From Octopus sinensis (taxonomy: Eukaryota): 64,000 nt of DNA. Position numbers and translations under genes: made by a program. Below, piece by piece: positions 1 through 12,665 of the stretch (position 1 is its first letter; each line of letters opens with the position of its first letter). The notes below the pieces were generated by a model. It was not told where the DNA came from. It searched no databases and saw only the letters and a program-made list of their open reading frames with translations. Location: contig NC_043003.1 in the NCBI RefSeq assembly GCF_006345805.1, positions 56,854,001 to 56,918,000 on the forward strand, given 5' to 3'.

Positions 1-739
1 ATATGCTCAGTAATGCCATATCCAGTCTTATGAGTCCACGAACTCAATAAAAATAAGAAGAGATGGAAGGCGAACTCATAATACATGTAAGTACATTTAC
101 ATATTACTAGACATCATTCGTTATGTATTAGCAAACACAACAAAAGAGATCTTCCCATGCATTGATCCCAAATTGATGCGGAATATTCTTGTATATTGTT
201 TAAACTCTAATAAAAGGGTATTTAGCCTAGATTAGAAACTATCATTTTCTCTCCACTAGCAAGTAATCTAGAAACTTAGCTAGTAATAATAACATATATA
301 TTGCAACACATATACACATAAACCTATCTTGATTCCATCTTTGAAATTGATTCGATTTTCAAACTTCGCTGCCTTAAGATCTGAAATGTAAGATCTTCTC
401 TACCCTGATGACGGGGTGTTGTCATATCCTATGTTGATTGCATCCATTAGGGCCGCAAATTAAGATGAACTACATCTACCAATATTATATTATCATGGTT
501 CTCCAAGCTCCCAAAAACAGCTGTTAGATTTATAACACCTTTCTTCCACCCCTCTAATTTTCTCTATTAATTGGACACTGTGTAAGTTGGATCTATTAAT
601 AAAGATATTTGTATAGCTGTACTTAAATATTTATCATTTGAATGTCACCATCTTTTGTATCCCCTTTTTTATGTTTGCATACATATATTCCTTGTGCTTC
701 ATGTCCAAACCATTATATTTAATATGCCTAATTTGCGAA

Positions 740-877
740 GCAGCGGTCTGGCAGAAACGTTATCACGCCGAGCAAAATACTTAGGAGTACATCGTCTGTC
801 TTTACGATCTGAGTTCAAATTCCGCCGAGGTCGACTTTGGCTTTCGGAGTCAGTCGATAAATCAGGTACCAGTTGCC
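740..877 (+). mobile_element. SINE family A, partial copy
   Basis: A-box-like TGGCAGAAACGTTA, B-box-like GAGTTCAAATTCC and core GTCGATAAA..GGTACCAGT, shared with many copies in the window. Confidence 0.75.
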
Positions 878-1118
878 TACTTGCATTGAAATAAACGACT
901 GCCCTGCCTCACAAAAAAGAAATTATGCCGAAAGTAGAAAAGAATATATCTAATGTGTGTATTCGTATATTTGCCTCTATATCCGCTCAAATTTATTTCT
1001 CTTATAGCCACTCTTTACCCTATAGAATCGATCCCCTGGAAAAATATTGGAGTCTAAATCGGAATCTTTTTGAGCACCACTATGTGTCTTGGATCTCATA
1101 TGTGGGCTGTATATATAT

Positions 1119-1218
<100 letters not shown>

Positions 1219-1564
1219 TGCTTTGGTGTTTACGTATGAGGGCATGACAAATGTATGGTATTGTTGTTGTATCAGATTAGGAGGGGTCTTTGGACAAGGT
1301 TTTTGTGGCGCTGCGAGAGTAGTAAAGAGATAAGTATACGTATATAGATGTGTGTGTATGTTTGCGCACATTCAGGTTTATGGAGGCAAACGTAAGTGTT
1401 TACAAGGGATACATAGGGTTGGAAGAACCGTGACTTTGGTATACTTCAGCCACTATGGAGATGCAGCCAACGTTGAATTGGTATATCTGATTTCTCGGGG
1501 CCCAGTGGTTTGAAGTTCGTCAAGATGATGTACCTCTGGTGGCAGCACTAAGATAGTTAGCGTT

Positions 1565-1906
1565 TTATTTTGATAGATACTGCAAGTTGACAGAGCCCGC
1601 GAATTCTCTCTTGAAAGTGGAGCTGGCAATTACTGTCACTTGGTAAGATATTGCCCTGTTGATGATGGTCAGTTTCACGTTGGGAGTGTTATTCTGGATA
1701 TCATGAATCCTCCAGAGGAAACGATATAACGAGGTATATACATATATAAATATATATATATAGAGAGAGAGGTTATGAGAGGTAATGGTGCCAGTGAGAC
1801 AGAAATGTGACAGGTAGTGCTGAATAAGTGGTATGGATAAACCATAGTTGCGTTTCAGGTTCGGTGATTTTGCGTTTAAGGGTTCCAGCATAGGTCGTAT
1901 ATCCAT
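1565..1906 (-). mobile_element. Penelope-like element remnant (C-terminal GIY-YIG region), degenerate
   Basis: Translation TSLYRFLWRIHD...KLTIINRAISY resembles the C-terminus of PLE endonuclease domains; a hammerhead-like motif lies next to it at 1997-2044. Confidence 0.4.
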
Positions 1907-1996
1907 GTGTATCTCACATCTATTCTCATTCCTCCACCTCTCTCTCTACTTCGTATCTTACCTAAATTAACTATTGCTTAATCATCTTCTCACACC

Positions 1997-2044
1997 GTCC
2001 CCGATGAAGGGATACAATAATTATCCTAGAAACAGCTGTAAGAC
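1997..2044 (+). ncRNA. Degenerate minimal hammerhead-ribozyme motif of Penelope pLTR type
   Basis: C(C)GATGA, stem II GGGATA/TATCCT, GAAAC, palindromic ACAGCTGT, GTA triplet, stem I GTC/GAC; the core U4 position reads C. Confidence 0.45.
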
Positions 2045-2125
2045 CTATTCATAAATGTTCTAAAATCTACACAGCCTTGGTTTTTTTTTTATCTCATTAT
2101 CTATATATATATATATATATATAGC

Positions 2126-2164
<39 letters not shown>

Positions 2165-3419
2165 CGAGAGAGAGTTAGAGGGAGTAGTACATGCATCAGC
2201 ACGCACTGACATTGTTGTTGCCCTTCTCTAATAAACACAAACACTTTTTAACTGATTGGCCATCTTTTTGTATATGATACACCGATACATATGTCGATCT
2301 AATTTATTTTCTATCTCTAACATATCAAGTAAACACTTGCTTCTTGTTTCTTTTCTTTGTTGTTTATTCCTTTTTTTTTCAACATTTAAACACAAGCTGT
2401 CCGTCCTTGATGGAGCAGATGTTCGCTTAATCACGAGACTTGTTTTTCCTTCCCACTCTTATCTTGAATTCTACCGCAATATCCCTCTGTGTTTCAAGCT
2501 GTTTAACGAAGTAAATATAATTACAAACACAATCAAAATATATTTATACCCTTACGTTTATATACAAACATTGTTATATCTGAATTTTACAAAAATCAAT
2601 TAATTCGGAGTGTTTGCTGTGCATTATGTTTTACATAAATTAGTATTTACATTATGTCTGACTACTTAGACAGAAGATTCCACTTTGAATGGAGCAGCAA
2701 ATTCTAAAGTGTATTGAAAATAAGGTTCTATTTATGCGAGTAAAACAAGAAGGAAAATAATGTTCATTCGATAATGAAATTATTATTCAGTTACTGATAA
2801 TTTGAAATGGTGTTTGTTATTTTATACTTTCTTTCACATTCTCTATCAAGCAACCTCATTCAGGGAAGATAGGGAAAGTTAAGAATGTGACAGTCTAACT
2901 TGTTATTAGAAATAAAGAGAAAGAAACAGAGGCAAGTGTTTAAGATGGAAAATGGTGATTGCGTGCGCGCATACGCGTAATATGTAAGTGTATGCGCGTG
3001 TATGTATATGTATATATGTGTGTGTGTGTGTGTGAAATCGTTTCCGGTTCTGTGTGAGTGTGTGCTCTTCAGTGTGTGTATGTCTGCTCGTGTGTGTGCC
3101 TGTGCGTGCGTGTGTGTATGTGTGTGTGTGTGCGTTCGCGCCTATGACTTTGTTTTCCTCCACTTTCAATACTTTCCTCTTTTCGTTCCACATCGTAATT
3201 TTGCTTAAATTTCTATTTTCTCTCCCACTTACCGAAGTTACTCGTGTATAAATCTCTTTATATTATATTTGATATTAACTGAAGAACATGGGGTACGTCT
3301 TAAAGACAAAGCTGAGTTAATATCAAATTTCCATACGATGCGAAGATAAATTTCTACCAAGGTTTAACACTCGCCTACGTATAAATACAGTAGTAAAATT
3401 TGAACCTCTGTAAAATTAT

Positions 3420-3868
3420 AAAATCATTTCTACTGCAGGCTCAAGGATTGAAATTTGGGACGAGGGTGTGGGTGGATTACATAGACTCCAATGTTTCATT
3501 GCTACTCATTTTATTGACCACGAAAAAATGAAACACAACCGATCTCCTCGAAATCTGAACTCATAACGTAAGGACGGACGAAATGCCGAGAAGCATTTTG
3601 CCCGGCTTGCTAACGATTCTGCCAGCTCGCCGCCTTCTGTAAAGGTGTAATAATCTTTTCTACTCTAGGCACAAGCCAGAAATTTTGTGGGAGGAACCCA
3701 GTCGATTAGATTGACCCAAGTACGCAACTGGTGCTTAATTTATCGACCCCGAAAGGATGAAAGGCAAAGTCGACTTCGGCGGCATTTGAACTCAGAACAT
3801 AAAGACAGACGAAATGCCGTTAAGCATTTCGCCCGGCGTGCTAACGTTTCTGACTGCTCACCGCCTTC
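3420..3868 (-). mobile_element. SINE family A, two tandem copies
   Basis: Two head-to-tail reverse-complement copies of head plus core (TTTATCGACCCCGAAAGGATGAAAGGC in the cleaner copy). Confidence 0.8.
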
Positions 3869-4130
3869 GTGAAGATATAACAATACCAAAAAATGAGCGT
3901 TGTTCCATCAGCTGGATATAAACACCACGTTTCCTTCAATCTACATTGCCTATATTACGTAGAAAATGCTAACCAATCGATCTTCTTCGACTTAACTACC
4001 CTTAATCTAAAAATCTTTAAGAGGATGTTATATCTTCTAATGTTTTTTAAATGTAAATAAATGTTTTCAATTCATTGTTTTAATTGTGTCAGGCACTCTT
4101 GTTGTTGTATTTAATATGCCGAACTCTCAC

Positions 4131-4430
4131 CTGAGTTATTTCCCTCGATATTTTTTAAAGCGAGAGAATCGTTAATGCGGTTTAGAATACCACGTCATAA
4201 CTGTTTCAATTCTCAACCTTCTGAGTCCTCATCCCACCGCAATCGAACAAGCCCTTCGGCACTTAGAGGTCAATTATAAAAGTACTCTTCCAGGGTGATA
4301 AATGGAATAACTGTTAGAAGCTTGGACCAGACTCTGTCCAGCATTTGTTCCCGCTTTTTGCGTTTTGACAGCACTGCATGTGACGTCACTGACATCAAAC
4401 TTTGTCCCAATTCCGGGAACTTTCTTGCGT
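4131..4430. promoter_or_regulatory. Candidate promoter / first-exon island
   Basis: Non-repetitive and CpG-enriched; TATAAAAG 4275-4282, TGACGTCA 4381-4388, TTCCGGGAA 4411-4419; minus-strand donor CAG|GTGAGA at 4131/4130. Confidence 0.4.
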
Positions 4431-5948
4431 ATGAAATTCGACGTCGTGCAAATAAAAACATGTACACTTGAGAAACTTTTTTTTTCTTTTTAAAAAATTT
4501 GTCAAGACTTTATTAATTCTGCAGCTTCAGGTGAAGTTTCATGTACGTGAAATTTGTTAAAACATATAAACTATCTAATTAGATTAGTAATTTTTTTAGG
4601 AACCGCTGCCAAGTTCATTTTCAGTCATATTAATCTGGACACAACTACACGTAGTTACTATGGTGGAACAAGTTCGTATCGCAGTCATTGATTGAGTGAT
4701 GTTCATAAATAATTTAATATACATATATAAGATTTTAAAAAATACATCGGTATATTTCAAATTCCCACTGTTTTCATCATTGATTTACAACTTTCAGTGT
4801 TCAGAAATTGTGTTAGTATAATCTATTACCAATCTCCCACTGTTTGTAGACTTCATCTCAACTTAGGAATTGCAATATTTTACATAATTAATAATTTCCT
4901 TCATTTCTACTGTGTTGTCGTAGTCACTTATCAACTTGTTTAGAAATGTATCTGAAAATTTAAAATATTTAATTCAAATATTTACACAGGAAATATGTGA
5001 AGCTTTAATTAATGCTTAAATTTCATCTAATGCAGCAAGATTAATTACACAGCAAGGAGGTGTAAATTCAGGTTTGAATTACGAGATGATTCCGACATAG
5101 AATACATAACATTTTAATATATAAGATCCATGAAGTAAACGATTATGCGAGGAATGTATATAAGTGTTTCCGCTGTATAAGATATCGTCTGTCACAATGA
5201 AATCCGAGGCCAACTACATACATTTAATTCCATATTTTCTCTTGTATGCTCTGTCTGTCTCTCTCTACCTCTCTCCCTTTCTCACCCCCCTCTCTCTCTC
5301 ATCGCACTTTTCCTCGTTTCACAAGCAGAACTTAAATTGTTTAACAAATCAAATTAACATGTTTATGAATTATTTAATTTTGCTGCATAACTATTTATCA
5401 AATATGTAAATCTATCTTTTAGTATCAACGAGTACACCTGGGTGGAAGTTCTGATGGTCCTGTGGTTAAGATCTTATATCTATGATTTTGACAACCTTGT
5501 TTTGAGTTTTCTCCAAGATACCTACAACATTGAAACGCACGGCCATATAGGTATTCACGACTTCAGCAAGGCATACTTCTGCCACGTCATTATACAGATA
5601 TTGGTTAATTGCACAGTATTGTCACAAATATTGTTATAATCAGGCAGAAATTTTAGCCAAGCTGAAATTAAGAAAATTTTAGTCCCTTATTATCGTTTTA
5701 GGAGAATCCAGAAATGTGACCTCCTCTCTTAGTAGTAACCAACAGAATGGCCATCCTGATTAATTTCTTTGCTTTCTTTTTCTCTCCACATTTGTCTCTC
5801 TGTCTCCTTCTTCCTTCTCTCTCTCCATTTTTCTCTTTCTCTCTTTCTCTTTCTCTTTCTTTCTCTCTCTTTCTCACTATTTCTGCCCGTTACTATTTAG
5901 CATCATGTCTTCGTATCGACATAATGAATGTCACTGTTTTAGAAATAT

Positions 5949-6319
5949 ACTAGCAGTATCGCCCGGGTCGCTTCGACCCTTTAGAATTGGAATTTTTGAA
6001 AAGTAAAAATTTTGCAATATATAACTTGTTATTCTCTTTAAGTGAACATTTTTTCTGGTTGAAATACACCTAAAGATGGCGAGACAGCAGTCAAAAAGTC
6101 ATAAAAAATAGGGATTTTCATAGAAATAAAAAACACCTTTTTGATGTAAATAATTTCTGGTCTTAACATGGTCCGATTTGAATTTTATCTTCTGCGGAAT
6201 GAAGAACAAGCCTTCTTTTATCATACTCTCAATTTTGGTGAACTTGCGCCGCAGGGACTCGGAGGAGATAGTGTTAGTTGAAGGCTACCAAACCTGCTGC
6301 ACACTTTATATAAATAGAT
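5949..6319 (+). mobile_element. Non-autonomous Helentron/HINE-like element
   Basis: Starts ACTAGCAGTATCGCCCGG with a near-terminal hairpin GGGTCG-CTT-CGACCC and ends TTTATATAAATAGAT; no coding capacity. Confidence 0.5.
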
Positions 6320-7959
6320 ATACCATCTATTTTTTTATTTACGTTTGATAAGTGTTTTGATTGCACATATTAAACTTTATAACACAAATATTCCATTGGC
6401 ACGAACAAATTTTACAAGCATTATGCAATGGACCATATTAAATAATTTGTTTCTGAAACACAAATTATTTAACTCCCATATGCATGTACATATTTATACA
6501 CAAGTAGATGTTGAATTGATCAACCTCATGAATTAAGCTATGCTGTATTCCATATCTAATACCCCTTCCAATTCAAAATATATGCGCAATCACGTGCTCT
6601 GTAGTTATTTCTGTTGAATTCTACAAAACAGATCGGAAGTGTTCTGGTTTCGGCAGGTACGAAGAAAATAAAAGGAAAAGTTTAGATATGATTAAATGCT
6701 GATCCTTATAAACAAACTTGAATTTCCTACCATGCGAAATAATTGTTAGCTCGAATTTTCATTTAGATTTCTACGGAAAAATCAATGCCACCGTGTGAAA
6801 TATAATTTTCAGATTCAAAGCACAAATATGTCTCGTTAACATAAAGGTTGGGAATTCACCTAATCGAGGTTTTATAGATTAAAATAGCTCCCAATTCAAA
6901 TCAGCTAGAATTCTCATCACTGTCATCTTTATATTTCAAACTGTCAGAGACAATACCTGATTAAGCTGTGGAGTTGTTTTCATTTTTCTTGAGCCTAGTG
7001 TCTCACTACTCCATAGTTTACATGGGATCCGTGGCTTTTTTAACTGCTTGACTGTCTGTCTCAAGACTTGTCCTCACCCGATCGACTTGTTACTCGCTTA
7101 TATCTGAGTACAAGGAGAAACTTGAAATGACGCGCCTTGCTCAAAGACATAACGCGCCCGGCTCAAGTATCGAACCATTTTTCACCCAGCTCCCATGCTA
7201 CTATGCCGTGTATCTGTAAAGAACTGCATTCATTGCAGTCGAAAATTCCACTCCCCTAGTTTTGTGGACTTTTGCTTTTCACACAAATCGTGTTATGTCG
7301 TTTTATCAATTAAGTAATTCACTTAAAATTATTTTCGTTCTCGATAACGAAATATCAATGTGATAGCATGCAGCGATTTGAAATATCAATGTAATATAAT
7401 TATATTTATTTTTGAAGAAAGATGTGGTCAACGGAATTCTGGCAGTCATAATAAAAATGTGAAATTTTCCAAATTTTTAGTGGAGAAAATATGTTTATTA
7501 CGAGAGATAGCGTAATTAAAGTGTACATAAATTTTCACTTGATTAATACTTTCATTCATTGAACTCCGACCATGCTGGGTCAGCATCCTAAGTATTTTAA
7601 TCAATGAAATTCAATCGCTCCTGATCCAAATATTATCGCTCTTTATTTCTTTATGTAGAACAGATAATTGACAAGGAGTAAAACAAGCAACAATGGTTTT
7701 CAAGTTGCGAGACAAACACAGTCATAAATACGTGCGCCAGGTTACGCATGCATTTACATATATAGGTTTATGTGTGAGGACGTGTGTGTGGGGGGGGGTT
7801 ATGTGTACGTGTGTGTGTACATACATTTACATATATGGTGTCTCAGGGTTCATGGACCGAATAGGACGTCCCAAAACGAAGGCCATATGTTCAAATCATC
7901 TGTGGAGACTGGGATTCCTTCTGCAGGTGGTGTACGACAACTTCCCAACACATATGGGA

Positions 7960-8110
7960 GTGAACCATTTGTGTAAAGTTTGTAGATAAAGGGGTACAAA
8001 CTGTATCAGAGTATATATGACACAAATTTTGTCAGTGTGCTATATAGCACTTATTCAAGGGAGTTACAAGGGGCGCCATAACAATATACTTCCGAAACTC
8101 ACTGTAATCC
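7960..8110 (+). mobile_element. Possible Penelope-like GIY-YIG remnant
   Basis: YIALIQGSYKGRHNN resembles the YIG..T..FK.RY.NH motif; heavily degraded. Confidence 0.3.
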
Positions 8111-8610
8111 CGGAACAGCAAAGACTCAACAAACAGCATCAGCAAGGGTAAACAACGGCAGCAATAATGTGTGTGAAGGAGAGAGAAAATAAGAACAGCA
8201 GGGATATGGGTTTGCCCCCATTCACACAAACACACTCACAGACACCATCCTTACGTACATTCACACGTGTTTGTGTACCCAAGTTCAGCCACATAACCGC
8301 TATTATATCCCTTTCACTCAGCTCCTCTCTTTCGCTCACTTCCTTACGTTGAACTGTTATTCATTACATATGTTTCTTTTTACTCTCTCCTTTTTTCATT
8401 CTTTTTAGCTGTCTCTCCATTTTTTCCTGCTCAGTGCTTTCTCTCGTAGTGCTGAGACTCGAGCATCAAAGCTTTTTCTATTCCTCCCGAGCGTAAAAAC
8501 TAATACACACCTGCTAGTTTTCCATCACTTGTCTTTGTCTTTTGTTTCCTCTGAATATAAGCCACACACACACACATATGTATATATATATATAAATATA
8601 TATATGCATT

Positions 8611-8654
<44 letters not shown>

Positions 8655-8996
8655 TATCAAATATACACGCTATGTATATGAGTGTTATATATAAATGCAA
8701 TATATATAAATGTATAAATATGCATGTATATGTATATGAATATATATATATATATGAGTATATATATATATGTATGTATACATATACGTATACAGTTATA
8801 TATATATATGTATATACAGATATATATGCATATATATATATTTATATTTATATATGCCAGCTTAATTTAATTCGTCCTTAGTCGAAAGACACGTGTTGTT
8901 AATACCCTGTTACTTGCATTTGTATTTGTGTACCATTTCTCCGTTTGTTTTCTGACCTTTTTTTCGTATACATTCAGTGCTTTCTTCCAAGAAATC

Positions 8997-9610
8997 TAGT
9001 GCCCTTAGCTTAGATTTATCTTGGGCCAGATTGCAGAAGTCTGAAGTATAACCAGCCGAAACTGCAAAGATAATCTGGAACTCGACTGACGAAAGGAAAC
9101 TCTGACTTAGTAAGTAGGAAGGCTGATAAATCACAACCCCTTCAGGTAGATGGCCTTGTAGAAATGCCGGGGGTAGAAACTCCATACGATGTACCCGGTG
9201 GAAGCTATGGTCATATAAAAGGTGTAGCAATATCAAAGGAATGTTAACCGGGAAAGTAGTTTTCGTGTGTAGCAGATGCACTAGCACATTAAACACTGAA
9301 GATGTTCAGAAAATTGATTCCATCATATGCCATGGGGGAGAAAGTAGTAATAGCTGATAGTTTCTGCAACCTAGGCGACCACGTTTGTAGTGTGGGTGGT
9401 TTGTAGTGTAACGAATAGAGTAAGAACAGCCTGGGCAAAGTTCAAGGAGCTCCTAACTTTACTGGTAACTAAGGGCTTCTCGCACACGGTGAAAAGTAGA
9501 CTGTATGATGCATGTGTGCGAACTGCCGCTCCATAACTGTAGAAGGAACCTGTGAAAGAGGTAGACCCAGGAAGACATGGGATGAGGTGGTGAAGCATGA
9601 CCATCGAACA
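8997..9610 (+). mobile_element. RTE-clade LINE fragment, internally deleted
   Basis: Frameshifted RT C-terminal motifs including LGD, RTAWAKFKELL, RLYDACVRTA and GRPRKTWDEVVKHD. Confidence 0.8.
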
Positions 9611-9690
9611 TATGTATATATATATATATATCTGTATGTATGTAAATATATATATATATATGTATATATGCGTGTGTATATGTATATATG

Positions 9691-9763
<73 letters not shown>

Positions 9764-9942
9764 ATTATGAATACAAATGCTTTTACGTACATATGTTTAT
9801 ATTTACACACACGTGTATATAAAGATAGATATTATAAACATATATACGCATATATATGCATATATATCTATATATATACATTTATACATATTCAATATAT
9901 ATGCATATATTTTCATACACATTCCTGCATAAATACACCTCC

Positions 9943-9980
<38 letters not shown>

Positions 9981-10931
9981 CTTTACACACACTGAAGTGT
10001 AATATAGATCCATTCGAATATTGACGGTAACTAAAATTTTGTATCATAATACCTTCGAAGTTATGATCACTTCTATTAGCGTATCTAGGCATTTATTAGA
10101 TATATAGATCTCTAGTTATAACTGCGATGTTTGCGCTTTGTAGCCACCCGTGATCGTATATTGGTTAGGACCCTACGTTGTGGCCTTAGTAACCTAGATT
10201 CGAATCCTAGTCACGGCAGTCTATTATCTTCGGTCTGTTCCGTTATATATTTTAGAAACTTATTCCGTAACGTTCACTAAAGTAATTTCTTTCTTTCTTG
10301 TCTGTATCTCTCGCATTTCTTATTGCAGTGCCTCTCACTGACACTCGAAAAGATGCACAGCAAAGCTGAGAAACTCTCTCGTTTGTGACTGCCTCATTCA
10401 TTCAAGCTCATATTTTCTCGAAAATAACTTCTTGATTAGAGTACTTAAATTCAGACTATTCTTGCAGAATGCTATAGCCTAATTATCTCTGCCTACGCCC
10501 CACAAATGAACAGAAGGATCACTTTTATGATATTCTTATGCAGGCTACTTCAAAACCGAGAGTCAATGATCTCTTCTTTGTGGCTGGAAATTTAAAAAAG
10601 ACATATCAGACAGCAATCTGGTATTTTCCATGATGTACACGGGGGCCATGGATTTGGTTGAGTCAAGTAAAACCATCAACGTTGCTGGGGTTGGTGGCAA
10701 GTAAAACGCACCATCCGAACTTGGTCGATGCCAGGGCCGCCCGTCTGGCTTCTGTACCAGGGGTGGATACACATAAAGAGCAACAGCCGAACGTGGCCGA
10801 TGTCAATAGCCCCAGACTGGTTCCCGTCGAACGGTTTTGCTATGGAATGATGAAGCTATTTTTTCGTTTTCTGATAAAGCAACGTTTTGGACTGACGATA
10901 TTTTTGCATAATAACTACGATATATATATAT

Positions 10932-11100
10932 CTAGTGCTCTTAGCTTAGATTTACCTTGGGGCTGGCCAGATTGCAGAAGTCTGAAGTATAACCAGCCGA
11001 AACTGCAAAGATAATCTGGAACTCGACTGACGAAAGGAAACTCTGACTTAGTAAGTAGGAAGGCTGATAAATCACAACCCCTTCAGTTGGGTGGCCCTGT
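10932..11100 (+). mobile_element. Second short copy of the start of the 8997 RTE fragment
   Basis: 10965-11086 is identical to 9024-9145 (122 bp). Confidence 0.85.
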
Positions 11101-11250
11101 TGAAATGTTTATGTAAATGTGTAATTACATATATTTGTATATATATATATATATATATATATGTGTATATATATATAAACACACAGATATATGTTTATGT
11201 AAATGTGTAATTACATATATCTGTATATATATATTATATATTATATATTA

Positions 11251-11283
<33 letters not shown>

Positions 11284-12564
11284 CGAGGGACGTTCAATAA
11301 GTAATGCCTCTGACCCACTTGCAGTTGTTTGATCTAGCTGTAATTTTGCATGTGCAATTATTTATATCTCTATAGAGTAAGTGGCAAATTACAGCTCTGA
11401 ATTAATTGTGGTTTCTGATTTACAGGTGTTTGAACCGAGTCAAGTGTGAAATGGAGCCAGTTGAGTGTCGAGCAGTGATCCGGTTTTTATATTTGAAAGG
11501 ACGCACACCACGGGAGACTTTTGATGAAATGAAATAACTTATGGTGATGATGCCCCATCATATGACCTTGTAAAACGCTGGCATCGTGAATTCAAACATG
11601 GTCAGAACTCTGTGGAAACAGCTCCAAGATCTGGTTGCCCCCTTCTGCCATTGATGAGGCATCTGTCCGTCAAGTTGAGGCTGCCATTTTGGAAGATCGA
11701 CGCATAACTATTCGCCAAATAGCCCATGAGGTCAAGATTAGTACCGGGTCTGTGGAAACTATCATTCATGACCATTTGCATATGCAAAAGGTGTCGCCAG
11801 ATGGATTCCCAGGTTGCTCACGCCTTTCCAGAAGCAAGAACGCGTCGAGTGCTCGAGGGTGAATTTGGAGATGTGCCAAGAAGATGAGTCAAAATTTTTC
11901 AAAAGACTGATTACACAGGATGAAACCTATGTCCAGCACGATGATCGAGAGACCAAATCCCAGTCAATGCAGTGGAAGCACCGTGACTCACCCCCTCCAA
12001 AGAAGGCAAGGGTGCAGCCCTCCGCTGGCAAGGTCATGCTCACAGTCTTCTGGGACCAGGACGGAGTAGTGATGACAGATTTCCTGGCAAAGGGTACCAC
12101 AATTGCAGGAGCCTATTATGGTTCACTTTTGAGGAAATTAAGAGAAGTTATCAAAATCAAGAGGCGGGGCAAGATCAGCAAAGGCATCCTCCTCCTGCAA
12201 GACAACGCTCCGGTCCACAACTCGCTTGTCGCCAGATCAGAAGCACAGGCGTATGGCTATGAACTCCCCCCCCTACCTTCCTGACCTTGCACCATCTGAT
12301 TTTCACCTCTTCCCAGCCATGAAGTTGTTTTTGAAAGGAAAGCGTTTCCCAGATGATGCAGCCTTGATTTCTGAAGTCACGTTGAGGTTGGAGGACCAAG
12401 CTGGGTTCTTCTACAAAAACGGTCTCCAGAGCCGCATCAAACGATGGGAGAAATGCGTAACCCAGGGTGGTTCCTATGTAGAAAAAGACTAATAACTGTG
12501 CCAAGTTTCGTTGCTCTACTGCTATGGGAAGTGGGTCAGGGGCATTACTTATTGAACGCCCCTC

Positions 12565-12565
<1 letters not shown>
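11284..12565 (+). mobile_element. Full-length mariner DNA transposon (irritans-like TIR), inserted in (TA)n
   Basis: 37-bp TIRs CGAGGG(A/G)CGTTCAATAAGTAATGCC(T/C)CTGACCCACTT at 11284-11320 and 12529-12565; TA on both sides. Confidence 0.95.
11451..12492 (+). pseudogene. Mariner transposase pseudogene
   Basis: MEPVECRAVIRFLYLKG start, in-frame TAA at 11533-11535, frameshifts; motifs ITQDETYV, KVMLTVFWD, QDNAP, PDLAPSDFHLF. Confidence 0.93.
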
Positions 12566-12612
<47 letters not shown>

Positions 12613-12634
12613 ACGCAAGCACGCGCACGTACTG

Positions 12635-12665
<31 letters not shown>

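Noticed and set aside
9024-9095. Hammerhead ribozyme in the duplicated 122-bp block (CTGAAG..GAAAC and CTGACGA..GAAAC)
   Set aside because: The first lacks the CTGANGA core and an NUH triplet; the second has no stem II. It does not fold as a hammerhead.
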